From Convolutriloba macropyga (taxonomy: Eukaryota), in NCBI RefSeq assembly GCF_964194025.1, contig NC_134480.1, forward strand, positions 33,976,001-34,040,000: a stretch of DNA of 64,000 bases. Reading direction: 5' to 3'. This document shows, one piece after another, positions 23,640-37,662 of the stretch. Position 1 is the first letter of the stretch. Each line of letters starts with the position of its first letter. Below the pieces are notes generated by a model that worked only from the letters and a program-made list of their open reading frames with translations, was not told the origin of the DNA and searched no databases. The translations under genes were made by a program, and so were the position numbers.

Positions 23640-26600
23640 TGTTAGAGAATTTACGATAGTTACCTTGCCTGCACAGAAAAAAAAATTTTTAAAAATATAA
23701 TGTTACTTTTCTTAAAAAAAATTTTGATAAATGATTCAATTTTTGATTTTGGTTATGTTCATAAATAAGGATCACAATTTTGTAAGAAACAAGTGTTGCC
23801 TGATACTTTAATAGCATTTTTAATGATGTGAAGAGGTCTGAGAAATTTGATGGGGAATCCTATTTTCATTCATGAACGACTGGCGAAAAAGGATGTTATC
23901 ATTGAAAAAACAGCTCGAGAACTGGACATTCACTATAAGATTAAGAAATCACACTTATGGCTTTTGATGGTGAAAGATATCAATCAGTTGATGACATCAG
24001 CGAGCTCCCGGATTATCAAAGGAGACAACAAAAGAGTTTGCAAATTATTCAAAATGGTACTCCATTCATGAATAACAAAAGAACCTATGCTTTTTCGCCT
24101 GATATGGACGCAACAAACAATGGAAATGATATACCTATGAACAAAGAAACAAAATATGTACGGTGTTTCATTTCAGCAAAACAAAAGTTATGCATCAAAA
24201 AACTAACATTCACAGTCTTGCTTGTTAATATCCGGTCTCTAAACAAACACCTTGAGGAACTTCAAGTTTTTTTGCAAAACATTTGAGTCCCTACCAACTG
24301 TGATTTGTCTTGTTGAAACTTGGATACAAGAGGGTTCTCATGAAAAACACTTCAATATATCAGGTTATCAGAAATAAATGCTAAAAACAGGGTGGGAATT
24401 GTTGGAAGTGTAGCCATGTTTTGGAGGGAGGATATTCTACTGTTAGATAGCTTTGCAACGAACTATGATGAGAGCCTGGGTATAAAAATTAGAACAAATA
24501 ACGAAAACTATATTTTGATTACATACTATGTTCCCCCTGGGTTCAATAAAAATTAGTTCTTGACTGAATTTGACAGCTATCTTGAGACTATGGTGGATGC
24601 GAACCAAAATCTTATCATATGAGGAGACTTCAATATAGATCAACTATTTCTGACTCCACTAAAAAAGCGATTTGAAGATGTTATCTCTAGTAACGGTATA
24701 AACCTAATCGATTTGGGTATAACTAGAGAAACGTCAACAACAAAATCATCCCTCGATTTTTTTCTGACAAATATCAACAAAAATCAATGCATAGTAAATT
24801 CTATCAGTTACGACATCACAGATCATTATCCAGTATGTTTCAGTCTAACAAAAAGTATGATTAAACCCAAGATAAAAGCATCTATACGTCGCAGTATGTC
24901 TGCCTTCAACAACAAAATACTGTTTGAAAAATACAAAAAGGAACTGGAAAACAACTTAATCATATTTCAAAACAACAATACGGATCAAACTTTCAACGCA
25001 TTTTGTAACTGTTTACATTTTGCAGTCGACAAACACCAGCCTTTGGTTGAAATAAAACAAAAGAAAAATAGGAATCAATGGGTCACAAATCGATTAAAAA
25101 ATCTTTTTGCGAAGAGAAACAATGCAAAAAAAATGGTTGAGAACAAAAAACAACATCGATAAAAATAGATATCTTCAACTGAAAAGCAAGAGCACTCAAA
25201 TCATGAACGACACCAAAAAGAATTTCATGCAAAACAAATTTCAAAACTGTGGTAGGGACTCAAGGAAAATGTACAAAATCTTAAACAAATTGATAGGCCG
25301 GAACAGAAGAAGTGATGTGAGTTATAACCTTGTTTTCAATAATATTGGAACTGATGACCCCAGTAGCATAGCTGATTATTTCAATGAACATTTTGTAAAT
25401 GTTGCAGATGAAATAGTAAGCAAATTACCTCAAATAAGCTTTCCTTTATCTAATTATGCTGAAGAACAATCTATGATGCTACATGAAACAAATATAGTAG
25501 AAGTGCTTTCACAAATAGCCAGCCTACAAAATTATTTTTCGCATGGTGTGGATCTGATCACTAACACCTTCATTAAGAGATTTGACAGAACTTCAGCCCC
25601 ATTTTTAGTTAATTATATCAACGAATTGTTTTTGAGCGGAGTTTTCCCAAATAGCTATCCAACCATATTTCAAAACGGGATTAAAAACTGATGCCAATAA
25701 CTATCGACCAGTTTCGATTTTGCCGTCTTTTGGAAAAATATTTGAAAAAATTATTAAAATCAAAATTCTCAACTACATAGAGAAATTCAAAATTCTTGGT
25801 GGAAATCAGTTTGGTTTCCGTAATCGGAGATCAACAATTGATGCACTCGTAAATGTAGTGGAAAACAAAAGGTTGGAAAAAGAAATAGGGAACAATAGCA
25901 CCAGGGTCTTCCTAGATTTGAAAAAGGCATTCGACACTGTAAATCACTTGCTGCTGTTGAAAAAATTAGAAAACTTTGGAATTAGGGGTCAGGTTTTAAG
26001 CTGGTTTTCTTCGTACCTCAAATCAAGAACAAAGTGTGTTATATAGAAAAATAGAATATCGAAAGAACTAATAGTAAAAAATGGAGTTCCTCAAGGTTCT
26101 AATCTGGGTCCTGTATTGTTTATACTGTACTTTAATGACTTTATGGACGCTTGTAAATTATCCACTCCGTATTTTTTTGCCGATGATACCAGCTTCTTTT
26201 TCAACCAGCTCCCTTTTCAAAAGAAAACCAACCTCTGAAGAATTAATTACTGAATTTCATTCAGTTTCACATTATCTACATCAATAAAAATTGGTTTTAA
26301 ACGAGTCAAAAACTTTTGTAATGAATTTTTTTGAAACTAAAGCAAACACAAACATACAAAATTGCCCAGTTCAGAAGTGCAATACCTACAAATATCTAGG
26401 AGTAATTTTAGACGCGAATTTAACTTTCGAAACACATGTGGAATCCACTTGTTTAAAATTAAAGAAGTGGATCGGAATAATTGCAAGGCTAAGGAGAACT
26501 TGCAGTCGCAACACCGTTTTGATGGTCTACAAAACTACGGTGGTACCAATATTTGAGTATGGACTTCTTATTTATGGTGAAACAACGTTAAATAGGCTTC

Positions 26601-27219
26601 AAAAAATTGAACAGTTACAAAAGAAAATTTTGAGAATTGTCTTTAGAAAGAAACCAAGTGACTCCATCTTTGATACTTTATTCGAGTTCAAAATTTTGAC
26701 AATTTGTGAATTATACATAAAACATCTGCTTTCATTCAGCCTTAAATCATACTTTGGGTTGCATTCAAACAAAATGATGAATGAGATTTTGACCGCAAAT
26801 CAAAAATTTTCGTACAATACTCGCTCGAAAACCACTCGCATTATACAAACAAAAACGTCAAAAAGAATTTCAACTCGGACATCTCTGGGTTATCGCGGTA
26901 GAATTTTGATAAATTTTCTATTGAAACAAAAAATACTACCTGAGCTGGAACAAGAGACCATGTCCTGTATAAAAGTTAAAAAACTAGTCAATGCACTTGA
27001 ATATATCTTGATCATTCAAAACGGTATGTTAAAAAAAATTTGTCTTTAAATAAAATCTCGGCGCTTAATTAAGATACGTTAGTATTTGCAAGCGTCCACT
27101 CCTGATGAAACTTTGGATTTATGGATTTTTAATAGTGGATTCTGCTGTGTCCACAACTTCTGCGTGCTTTATAAATTAACAGGAGAAATTCAAATTCAAA
27201 TTCAAATTCAAATTCAAAT
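23640..27219 (+). mobile_element. 5'-truncated, decayed CR1/L2-group (Crack/Daphne-like) LINE in HPS1 intron 4
   Basis: ORF1 tail (NPIFIHERLAKKD). APE motifs VNIRSL, VICLVETW, GDFNID, LDFFLTN, TDHYPV. RT motifs [45 protein letters not shown]. Tail (AAATTC)5 at 27186-27219. 5' boundary approximate. Confidence 0.93.
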
Positions 27220-27490
27220 AATTTCGGGGTAAATTCAGCGAGGTGTTGATAGCCAGATGGTTTCGCTAACTCATTGTTTTGGATGTAATTTTACGCAGTA
27301 TTGCCAAATAAATTAATAAAGGTGTCCAAGGTGGTGAATTGAATTAATGTTTTTGGTAAATAATTATTTGAAATCTTCTGACATCTGAAATTAAATGTAA
27401 TCTAATCTAGTTAGGAAGCAAAGTTCATAGACATCATAAACAATGAATTCTACAACGCATTCTTTTTGAATTTTTCTGTTTTATTTTCAG

Positions 27491-27776
27491 AAATTGTTAC
27501 CAAACTGACAAAACTCCTCGCCACTCTAGATCCCGAATCGGATGCAAGTGCTCAATTCCTCACTTCAATTCTCAACTACTTCATAAGCACTGCTACCGAA
27601 AACAAAACATTCTACAATAGGAACAAACAACTGGCCAAATGCTACGATGTTCTCTACGCAACTAAACACTGTTATGAGAAACTGTTTCTGGGACAGGATT
27701 TCGGCCGAGTGGAGTTGAATGAAGATGATTTGGAGTCTTCATTTCACATGCTTAGAGGCCAAATTAACAAACTGAG
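27491..27776 (+). CDS. HPS1: HPS1-like gene, exon 5
   Basis: TTTTATTTTCAG acceptor and GTTGGT donor. Open helical segment EIVTKLTKLL...GQINKL. Phase 1 in, phase 2 out. Confidence 0.8.
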
Positions 27777-29884
27777 GTTGGTTTGTATTCTCAAGTTATA
27801 AATTTGTTTAAAATGTGATGTTTAAAAATAACATGAAAGAAAGATGCAAAGTTTGATATCAGTTTAGTATACAATGCAAATTGTGAAAACAACGTGAAAA
27901 CGCAGGAACATTACAAAACAAAAGCTTTAATCTGGAATTATTGCAAAAGTTTTGCTGAGCAGCAATTGGGAGTTAAATTTTAAGTTTTTTTTTGTTCCCA
28001 CACTTTTTGAAAAAAATGTGAGAACTTTATGCTAGCCCCAATTTTTTGCTCAGACAATATTTTTTGCTTTTATTGAGGGCGTCCCAGACTAGCATATGTA
28101 GTATAAATATGAAGCTCTCTGCGTCTAGAATTTCACTACAGGGAGAAATTTTAGGAATTTCGCATTTTGTTTTGGAAAAATCATAACATTTTCTACCCAA
28201 AATTTTGGGCAATTTATCCTAACTTTTGGTCAAATTTTGGTAAAAATTTGATAGAATTTTATCAAATATGACAGCTAGCGGTTTTCTTCAAGGCTATTCT
28301 TGAAAAACAAGTTTCTTATCGTTTTGTCAATGTCTCCAAACAGAAATTAAAAAAATGCATTTTTGATGAAAATATTTGCGTCAAATTTTCAGCCAATTTT
28401 TAGACGCTTTTATGAATTTTTAACCGGTACCTCAACTGTGATAACTTAACACTTTATTCAATCTTCCATTCGTTTTTTTGTTTATATCTTGATAATCAGT
28501 CAGAAAATCTTTGAAAAAAATTATCTTTGGAAAATTTTTGAAAAAAAAACCTAAGAATGTAAAAACCACAAAAGTAATTCATGCGAAAAGGTAGAAAAAT
28601 AGAGAATTTTTTAGTTTTAGTGATACTTTCCCTTTTTGCGCATGCACGGTTGACCCTAAATCAATCAACAACGCCTCACTTTTCATTCTTAGACTACACT
28701 GCGAAATCAAAAATGAATCAGGTACTTTGCCAATTTTGAAACTTTGATCATATTCTAAGCCACTAGTGAAATTGGTCTCATATTTGTGTCAGTTCCTAAA
28801 AAACAACAAACATGAGTTGTTAGAAGCAGCTCCAGATAATCTGTTGGTTATTATTGAGTAGCAATATCTTTTTTTTTCGTTTTGGGTGCAGTCTATTTTA
28901 CTTTTCATATTTTTTGATGTTTTTGAGGCCAGTTGGGAGTCAAATTTGAGGTGGTACATCAAGTAGCAGAAAGATTATACAAATTGAAGCAGCACAGATA
29001 ACTAAAAGCATTAGGCGTTGGGGCCGGAAAGCTATATCGGAGATAATCAAGTTTTGGCGAGTTTCTAAAAATAATGAGGAGATTCTATCACTGATTAGCT
29101 TCAACTATATGAATCTTTTTTTATGGTTTTTATAATTTTTTTTAGAAAACCAATTGAAAGTAATAGTTTCGAAAAAAATGTTAATACTACTTAATTATAG
29201 TTCTCTTATTCAGTCGTTTTGACGGCTTGACTGGCTATCATAACTGATGATAATTTGTTTTGATAAGAGGCCCGTTTTGGGCAATCTGCTTTACCATAAT
29301 CAAGGAGTTAAACTGATTAGAAATGAGGGTTTTCTCAAAACAGAACAATTTAATATTTGAGTTTTATTCTGACATTTTTCTCTTTGTTTTGCTTAGTTTC
29401 CCCTCAAGTTACTGAAAGTGTTTCCGTTTTTGAATTACAGTAATTTGTTCCGTCTCATTTTTAAAAAAAATTTTTAGCTTTGTTTTTCCAGGAAACAAAT
29501 TTAACAATTATATCTACAAAAAGTTCAGTTTTTATTCACCATTGACGGACAGAAACCATTAAAAGTTCTGAAAAACTCTCTGCTACAAATATTATCTGCT
29601 TTTTGACCCTGCCTTTATGTAGCTTATTGTCCTATCAAAATTGTCATTTTTTAGAGAATTCTAACTTTCAGATTTGATGCTCATATGATAATAACATTTT
29701 TGTTCTGGGTATTAAAGCTAAAACTACATCATAAAACTGTTTTTTTATGGTATGGTGCTTTAAGGTCTTTTTTCCTTTTCAGTGGTATAAGAACTACCAA
29801 AACTTTCTTACTAAATAAGCGCTTTAATATAAAAAAATATTCTCAAGATGTTCTACTTTGTCATAATTAAAGCTTTAAAAATTA

Positions 29885-30320
29885 GATGTTTTGGAACAAA
29901 TGAGACGCTACCTTGTTCAAGAAGTCCAACCAAATTTGATATTGTTTCCCGCTCTTCAGCTCTCCGCAGTACTTCTTATTGTGGTGGGTTGTGTCATTAT
30001 GGTTCCTATATCAATCTGTGTATTAACAAAAATTTTATTTACTATGAAAGCACGGGCTTCAAATAGTGTATTTGGCTCTTCTTTCTCAATTGTGTAACTC
30101 ATCTGCTTTATCATTAACTGAACATGTCAGTAGTCCTGAAAGCAGTCAGTTAGTTCGAATTGAATTATATTTGTTTTTGTTTTCTTGAATTATTCTGCAG
30201 GACCCGTCCTGCTATGTTTATGTACTTTTTAAACAGATTGATTCATTTCACTGGATTTTGTCCTTGTTTATACGACTGCTAAGCATCAGTTTGAAGTCTA
30301 CACGTTATTTAATTCCTTAG
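29885..30320 (+). pseudogene. Decayed two-exon 7TM/GPCR-like fragment nested in HPS1 intron 5
   Basis: Hydrophobic helix LSAVLLIVVGCVIMVPISICVL, a basic loop and a second helix; then a 52-nt GTTAGT...TTCTGCAG intron (30149-30200); then a TM3-like CYVYVLF...SISLKSTRYL. Several stops. Confidence 0.3.
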
Positions 30321-30699
30321 TTGTAGCAAAACACCGTTTAGGAGATTGCGCATGAAAAAACATGGGATAATTATGTGAGACAAACTTGATAAAAACTTTG
30401 TTTGGTGGTAAAACAAACGTTTCTGCAATATAGTTTTCCCTACATTGATTTGATTTGTTATGCTTTGAAATCCGAATGTGGGAACATTCTGTGCTATGCA
30501 CAGAACAAGCGAGCTTTCTTTTTAAATCTAATTTTAGTTCAACCTATTCAATTGCAAAAGAACTGGCATTAAATTCTTTTTTTTAACTTAGATCAGTTTT
30601 ATAAATTTGAATAAACTTTTGAGAGAAAATTTCAGCAAGAAGTTTTTTGTGTATAACGGGCAGAATTAAAAGCAAGTTTTGCATTTGATGTTTTTTCAG

Positions 30700-31153
30700 C
30701 ATCAGTGTTGACAAGCTGCAGAAATCCTTGTTCTCGAGATCAAACTCAGTTCAAAAAGAATCACAACTAGTTCACGAAAAGCTGAAAAAACTGCTCGAAA
30801 GATTTCCGTCTCTTTTGTTTTTCATTCACACAAACAAAACCACAGGATTCAGTTTATGCCCTAAACTGGATTTGGGAAAACAAAATATGAGGTGGATTCG
30901 AAAAATTAAACTGGCTTTCGATGCCACCAATTTTACACTTCGATCAAGTCGGGCCACCGATCTAGTTTGGAGAAACGAACTGTTCTTGGTAACGAGTCAG
31001 CAATTGATGACGTCATCAGATGTTTTAGAAAATTTGGACAGAAGTATTTATCAGTTGTTTTGTGTACATTTACCGATTTGCAAAGCGGATGTTGCTTTGA
31101 ATTTGGGCATTTCTTTGCATAAAATAATTTGTGATGAAATTTACTCAACTTAA
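30700..31153 (+). CDS. HPS1: HPS1-like gene, terminal exon (third longin domain)
   Basis: TTTTTTCAG acceptor, phase 2, TAA at 31151-31153. LLERFPSLLFFIHTNKTTGFSLCPKLD matches HPS1 [35 protein letters not shown] matches YELLALHL. Confidence 0.85.
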
Positions 31154-31788
31154 TGTAGCCAATTTAAGTAGATTTAATTTTCTGGAAAAAAAATTTTTTC
31201 AGACGTAAAATAGTTACTTTTAGAAGTCACTGCATGATGGAGTTTTAAATAAGCATGCGATGACCAAATAAATATCAAAAAGTAGTTATGATATTTCGAG
31301 ATAACATAATTAATTAGAACTACAGATTGCGTAAGTGCACGTTGCGATGGCAACTTTCATGGAATCTCAGGTCGAAGTCATCTTTCGAAATGGCTTAAGA
31401 AGATCAGACTATCAAAAACGAATCAGGAAGTTATGGTGTGCATGTGTTGGGGCGTGTGTTTGGGAGGTGGGGTAGAAAAAAAATTAAAAATTATTTAAAG
31501 TCTGCCTCAATTTTAGAAATTTTACGAGTATAAGCGTGCCTGATTTCGAACAAGATAAAGTCGGCTAATAAAGAGCTAAATCGAATGAGCCAAAGTCTGA
31601 TCAAAAATGATACCAAACGAGCCTTAGTGTGATTGGAATAGGCAATATTTTCAGAGCTAAAATTTGATAATTAATAACCTTAGAGCAGCCAAAATGACAT
31701 ATCAAATAGACATATCAAGCCTAGGTTTGGTTATCAAAACTCTCAATGACAAGAGCAGGATTATAAGGGACCCAATATATAAAAACTG

Positions 31789-31974
31789 GGATCTATTCTG
31801 TTTGCCCACCCCCCCCCCCCCCCCCAGCTTAGTGGGCTTATATCTTTTACCCCCCCCCCCCCCCCCCCTCAAGCGCACTTGCTATTTTTTAACATAGTAA
31901 CGTGCTATATAACAACATATAATTTGTAACTGGGGAGGCGTAAAAACAGGGGGGGGGAGGGACAGAATAGATCC
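31789..31974. mobile_element. MITE with GGATCTATTCTGT TIRs and poly-C tracts
   Basis: Perfect 13-bp TIR GGATCTATTCTGT / ACAGAATAGATCC. Internal CAAGCGCACTTGC is shared with 47414-47590. Confidence 0.7.
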
Positions 31975-34900
31975 GAAAAGTGCATAAACAGTCAATGCAG
32001 AGGCAGAGGTAGGAAAAAAATTTGTGTACTTTGGCGCTTATCACAATTACCCCAAAAAGTCATAATTGTTAACATAAAAAATATTGATTCATAACAAAAG
32101 AAATCAAGGAACAGAAGGGCACGTGCGCACAATAAAAAGAGGATCGGGGGTGGCTCGTACAGTGAAACGAGCTCTTTTTTGGGATCTCGGATCCGCAAAT
32201 TTGACTTGGGACGTCTTATCAACCATCGTCACAGAAAGAAGGTGTCTATTAAAGCATAAAGAACTTAGCGAAAGAACTTAGAAATATCTTAGAGTATTAG
32301 ATTTGCTTAAACAGCCTCTATGAATTAATGTTACTAACCAGACCAATATGACAAACTGAATAACGCAGAGTAGTTTTGATAATATGAAATGAGCTAAAGC
32401 GGCGAATTTCAGAAATGTTGTTATTTACTAGATCTACTTAGATGATCTTGGAACTACGTGAAATCCTTAAATGTGAAATAATTTTATGCATGTAAAAAAA
32501 TGTTACCACATCGCACACACCAAAATCGCCTCATTTTTGATATGTTAACCTCTTCAAAAATGTAACTTGTAAATACTATATTTGTTTTTCTGACTATATA
32601 TACGAGCGATTTTTGCTATATCTTCACAATTCTCTTCTCTTTTAAATCTCCTAAAATTAATTCTTATTCTCTTAAATATCTTTTTAGCTTTAACAGCTTC
32701 AATCTCTAACTTGCCAAAACTCATCCCGCCTCATCGGGTTTGTTGCGCTACAGTGTTCGTAATCCAGCTAACAGTGTCTAATCAACTCACGCCTTTTGAC
32801 GCACGTCACAAGCGAAAACGGAGATGAGGATCCGCAGACTCCATATCACTTATTGATTTATCGAGCCTTCCCCAGCAGAATAGTCTATGTATTCAACGAC
32901 AACTCGTAGTTAAGGACGAAAATCTGGACACCGAAAAGATAGCTTTTGGAAGCAATATAGAGGAGGATGATCCAAAAATCCGTACTTACTCTGAGCGCTG
33001 GAAGGAAGAGGACTAATTCGGAAACCAAGCTTGCAGTAAACGATATGAGTTGGGTACTGGAGAACCTGGACTTTCACTGTCCGCGACGACACTGCTAGAA
33101 ATTGAGAAGTAAAAACCGACCCAGTTCTTTTAACTGGCCTGGCTGTGAATTTAGCACTTGTTCTCTTTAAGCCAGACCTCATGAATGTTATGGACATCGA
33201 TACTTCCTCATATTTTGACGCTTATAATATTGTATAATTACAATATATTGAATTGTAAAATTGTAATATAAAATGTAATAATTGTTGTAAAAAAATGCTG
33301 ATTCATAACGCAAGAAATCAAGGAGCAAAATGACATGTGAAAACCATAATTTCAAGCTAATTAAAACACAAAGAGCAAAATCCAGAGAACAAATCTTAAG
33401 TCAAATCACGAAGATTGACCAGTCAACGCCCCCAATCGAGCACCCCGAACCCCCATGAAGTATTGTGCTTGTCAGACGTAGAAGATTTCAGCTTTTTGGT
33501 TATAGTGGCAAACTTGTAGATTGAACGCCCAGTTTGTGGACGGAAGATGCCAGCCACTTGATCAAATGCATGTGAAAGAAGTTTAGTTTTGATAAAATTG
33601 TTTGTTGCCAAATTAAATTGCATGTATGACGCTTTGAAAGTATTATGATGTTAGTTTTAAAAATAAGATAGTCATTCTTATTTTCGACAAATTGCTTTTT
33701 TGAGGTATTAGAGTATTATTGATAATTCGAACAATCGGCATTACGAAGTTCTCAGCAAATGTGTTATCGCAATACTATTGGTTTTTAAGAGATATCGTTG
33801 ACTGGGAATGATTGAGCCAGCGTCTGATCAGATGTTAAAATGAGTGGCATAAAAACAAGCAACTCTCATTAAGCGAGCTAAAATCGCATCTCAAAAAAAT
33901 TTCCAGCTTTTATTTCGGTGTTTTTATCAAGATGTTTTCATCAGTACTGGTAATAGACAAGTCTTCTAGTGACCAGTTAAAATATGTCAAAAAATGAAAT
34001 AAACCAATAGATTCGTCTTAACGATAGGCGAACATGTCAAGTTTTTTGTTCAAGAATCTCGAGTGGCGGGTTTTGGAGTATAATGGAAGGGGTTTTCTTT
34101 GGTGAACTGTGAATAACTCTAAATAAAAATTTCAGACCTGTGGTCTCCTATTATATGTCATTGAGTCCCGCATTGTAGTTTTTAGAGCTTTACTTGATTT
34201 TTAAAATTTTCATAGTTTTTGGAAAGTTTTTAAAGCTCAAATAGTTGACCACCTCAAACTTTAAATTAATCATAATTCAAAACTATGTCGAAAATAAGCC
34301 AATGTATAAGTAAACCGACGTAAAAGTGGATCACATATAATGCACTCGTTATGATCTCATTCAATAAAAACCTCGTCAACCTAGATGGAGCATAATATTT
34401 GCAATTAACATTGTATTCCATTTCACCAAACAAACAAAATATGTCAGTTGTTAGCCATCCAGAGGTTGCGGGCCCCAGTGGAACATTTTCAATGACCAAG
34501 ACTCTCATTCGCTGTGGAGTGTAGTCCGGAAACCACACTCTGGCTATCGCGGCAGATATCTCGAATATCACTTGACTGCTTTTGTGAAATTGAGATTGCT
34601 TGCCTGACGACTTGCTTAATCGGTGCCAAAAATTTGATTTGCAAAAAAAAATGTAAATCAGAATAGATTTTGCGGACTTTAATTACTAAATTTTTGTTGT
34701 TCTTAGTTACAGAGAGAACAAAGCCGGATAGAAATCGAAGTAGAATTTTAGAGTAAGTTTTGATTTAATCGTACTTGAATAATTTCTACAAAAATTTGAT
34801 GACTTCTGTAAACGCTTCATGAGTTTCTTCTACTTCATATTCATAAATGAATCGTCTCCTCATTGATTGTAAGAGAGAGAATTTATAAGCTATAATTTCC

Positions 34901-37662
34901 CGTATTTTGTATTCTAACCATACGTTGATGCAGCGTTTTCACCTGGGAAAGAATGTTTTGTCCTGTTTCAGTTATTGCCCTTTTTTGTATACATTGATAA
35001 AGAAAGTATGCTGATAGGCGATTAAGGGGACGTGTTGCAACCTGTATTCTTTTTTCCGGAATATTTTCAGACAGACAAATTGCGGCAATTTTTTCAAATA
35101 TTGTGTAAATTTTTTTATACATAAAGAAGACGACAACTAATTTTGGTTCCGAAACATCAACTAAAGAATAAATTGGAAGAATAACCTTTGTTTTTGTCAT
35201 TCCTAATTGGTGGTTGGAAAATTACCTCAGCTTGTTTTTTGTTGAACAGTTTTAGCTTATCGAAATAAGGAAAGTGCAAAATTGCAAGTGTAATCATTAC
35301 AAGGTACGCAGAGCATATAAAGTTCTAAGTTTGAAAAAGACAGCAGTTTTGTTCACTATATCAGGCATCAACTCTTCGAGGAAATTGGATTTTGTTACAT
35401 AAAAGAGGTTTCCAGCAGCATTCAATGTTATCTAATACATTTTTTTTCGATTATGGTTGCAAGCTCGTGTAGACTGTTAGAAATTTGAAAGAAAACATAA
35501 TTTGTGATGGAATGTAACCGAAACGTATTGAGAAATACTACGAAAACAACACACAGTTTTGCAACTACTGATCATATCTCAACTCAACAGATAAATTAAG
35601 TATCTGAATTGGGCCTCAAGTTATCGCTATTTAAGTCCAAGCAACCAAAATTCAGGCCAATGAAAAAACTTTGAGAAAATTTAAAATTCAAAATCAAGGA
35701 CAATAGTTAATTTGTCCGAGAACACAAGGGACATTAATCGTGCTTTGTTCCGTCTGATTTGTCCGCCGTTAACGTATAATTTTCTATCTATCACAACAAT
35801 AAAGCTGAAACAGAACATTTGACAAGTGTAGGAATGGGAAGTTAAACCTAAGCGTTTTTCGGAAAAGAACCATCTTAATACTGACCTTTAATTATTCCGA
35901 ACACAAAAGCGAATTCTTAACTTGAAATTGTACAAAAATAATAATGGTGAAGAAATTTAAACTGATGAGAATGGTTGAACAAGTAAATATTGACTCTGAT
36001 AAAGATTATATCATAGATTGAACACCAAAATTCTCACCCACGTAATATTGGATTAGAAACGCAAATTAGGGGCCTAGGTTATCAAAGTCATGAATGACCT
36101 TCTGAAAACTTTTCCCAAAAAGGTATTTTTCACCAAAAGATTATGAACATTTGGTAAAAAATAGGACTAAACTATCATAACCAAACATAGATAAGCAGTA
36201 TATATACGGCTCAATTTTAGTCAATTTTTGTAACCAAAAGCAGTCGGAAAATAATTATTTTTTCGTGATAATCCAAATTGAGGAGTAAGTTTTATTAGAC
36301 GAGTGAGTTAATATATCTCTGTCGTGGTACTGAAAATTGTAATAATTGTTTGAACTAGTATACTCTGGTAAATATACTTTTCGTTAAGTTAACTCAGCAA
36401 ATTTTCCACTACTTTCTCTAAACGCTTCGATACTTGGCACTCATAGGCATTTGTAACTAGTTGTTCTGAAGGAACCATAGCCTTGTAATAATTAAGATTG
36501 GTTGAAACTTAATATTTTCTTTCGGTTTTTGTTAATCAACATTGTAATTGTACAACTTTAGTAACTTCACAATACATCTCTAGCGATCTGAAATCATACT
36601 CAATCTAGCTTCAATTTATTGGATTTAAATTAGTTTGGTGACTAGTAAAGTAGTGATCAACCAACCAATAATTAGGTTAAGTTAGGTTAACGATCTGGAG
36701 GACAGCATCGAATCCCGGACAACATCAAGACGATTGACTTCTGAGAGTATTAATCGGCCAAGCTCCTTCTAGGAGACCGCATAGTGAAGCCACTCTGAAG
36801 GTAGGCCTGCCTGCTCGTAGAAGACTTGGCAAATTAAGTTAACCCATGTAGTATGGAATGGTGAACCAAGTAGACAATTAAAACGGTCTGCAGTAACCTG
36901 AAGTACCTGATGGGCAATGTCTTAACGTTCTATCAAGTTGGTTAAAACTCGTCTGGTTGGGTTGTGCAGTGAACACCGACTAGCTCTTCACGTCATCTAC
37001 TATTTGTTTTAAATATATTGGTTGATCGATTAATTAGAAAGTGAACTGAGAACCTGGTATATTTCTCAATCTTAGAGTCACCAATTTATTTCATTTGGTA
37101 AACACTTCTTAGAAGCTAAACTATCATACAACATAGAGAGGCACTACAAACATATTCTAATATCATCATTATTATCGGCAATTGACTACAATTCTATAGC
37201 ACCTGAAAATACTTTCCTTAGGACTTGAACGGAGGCCTGGTATAACCCTTTAGTCTAGTTAAAAGTAATAGGTTTGTGAAGTTACTATCCAGTCCAGTAG
37301 TTTTCTCTAAAGATAGATTCTAGGAACAATTGTGGAATTGTGAATAGGGTTAAAACCTCCAAACTAAATATTCAGATTCTATAACAAGGTATTGTTTTTT
37401 TGCCACAAAAAAGAGAATAGTTTTTAATGAGATAAATTTTTCGCAGTTTTCAATGCTGTTTTTGATTTGTTTTCTTTTTAGCCTTAATTCTGCTCGTTTT
37501 TCAGTTTTTCAATTTTGGTTGTTGCATTAGTTTCATGAAACCTAAAATCGTTTATGCAATATTTTTTTCAGTCCGCAATAACGAAATTCAAATAAGGGAA
37601 TTAGTTTTGAAATTTCTTTCACCACCAATACACCGCAGAAAAACCTTTAAAATGATTTTCCA

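Noticed and set aside
36320-37386. Solo LTR inside the 3.5-kb insert
   Set aside because: It has LTR-like composition and a ...TAACA end, but none of the TG starts I tried gave a matching TSD.
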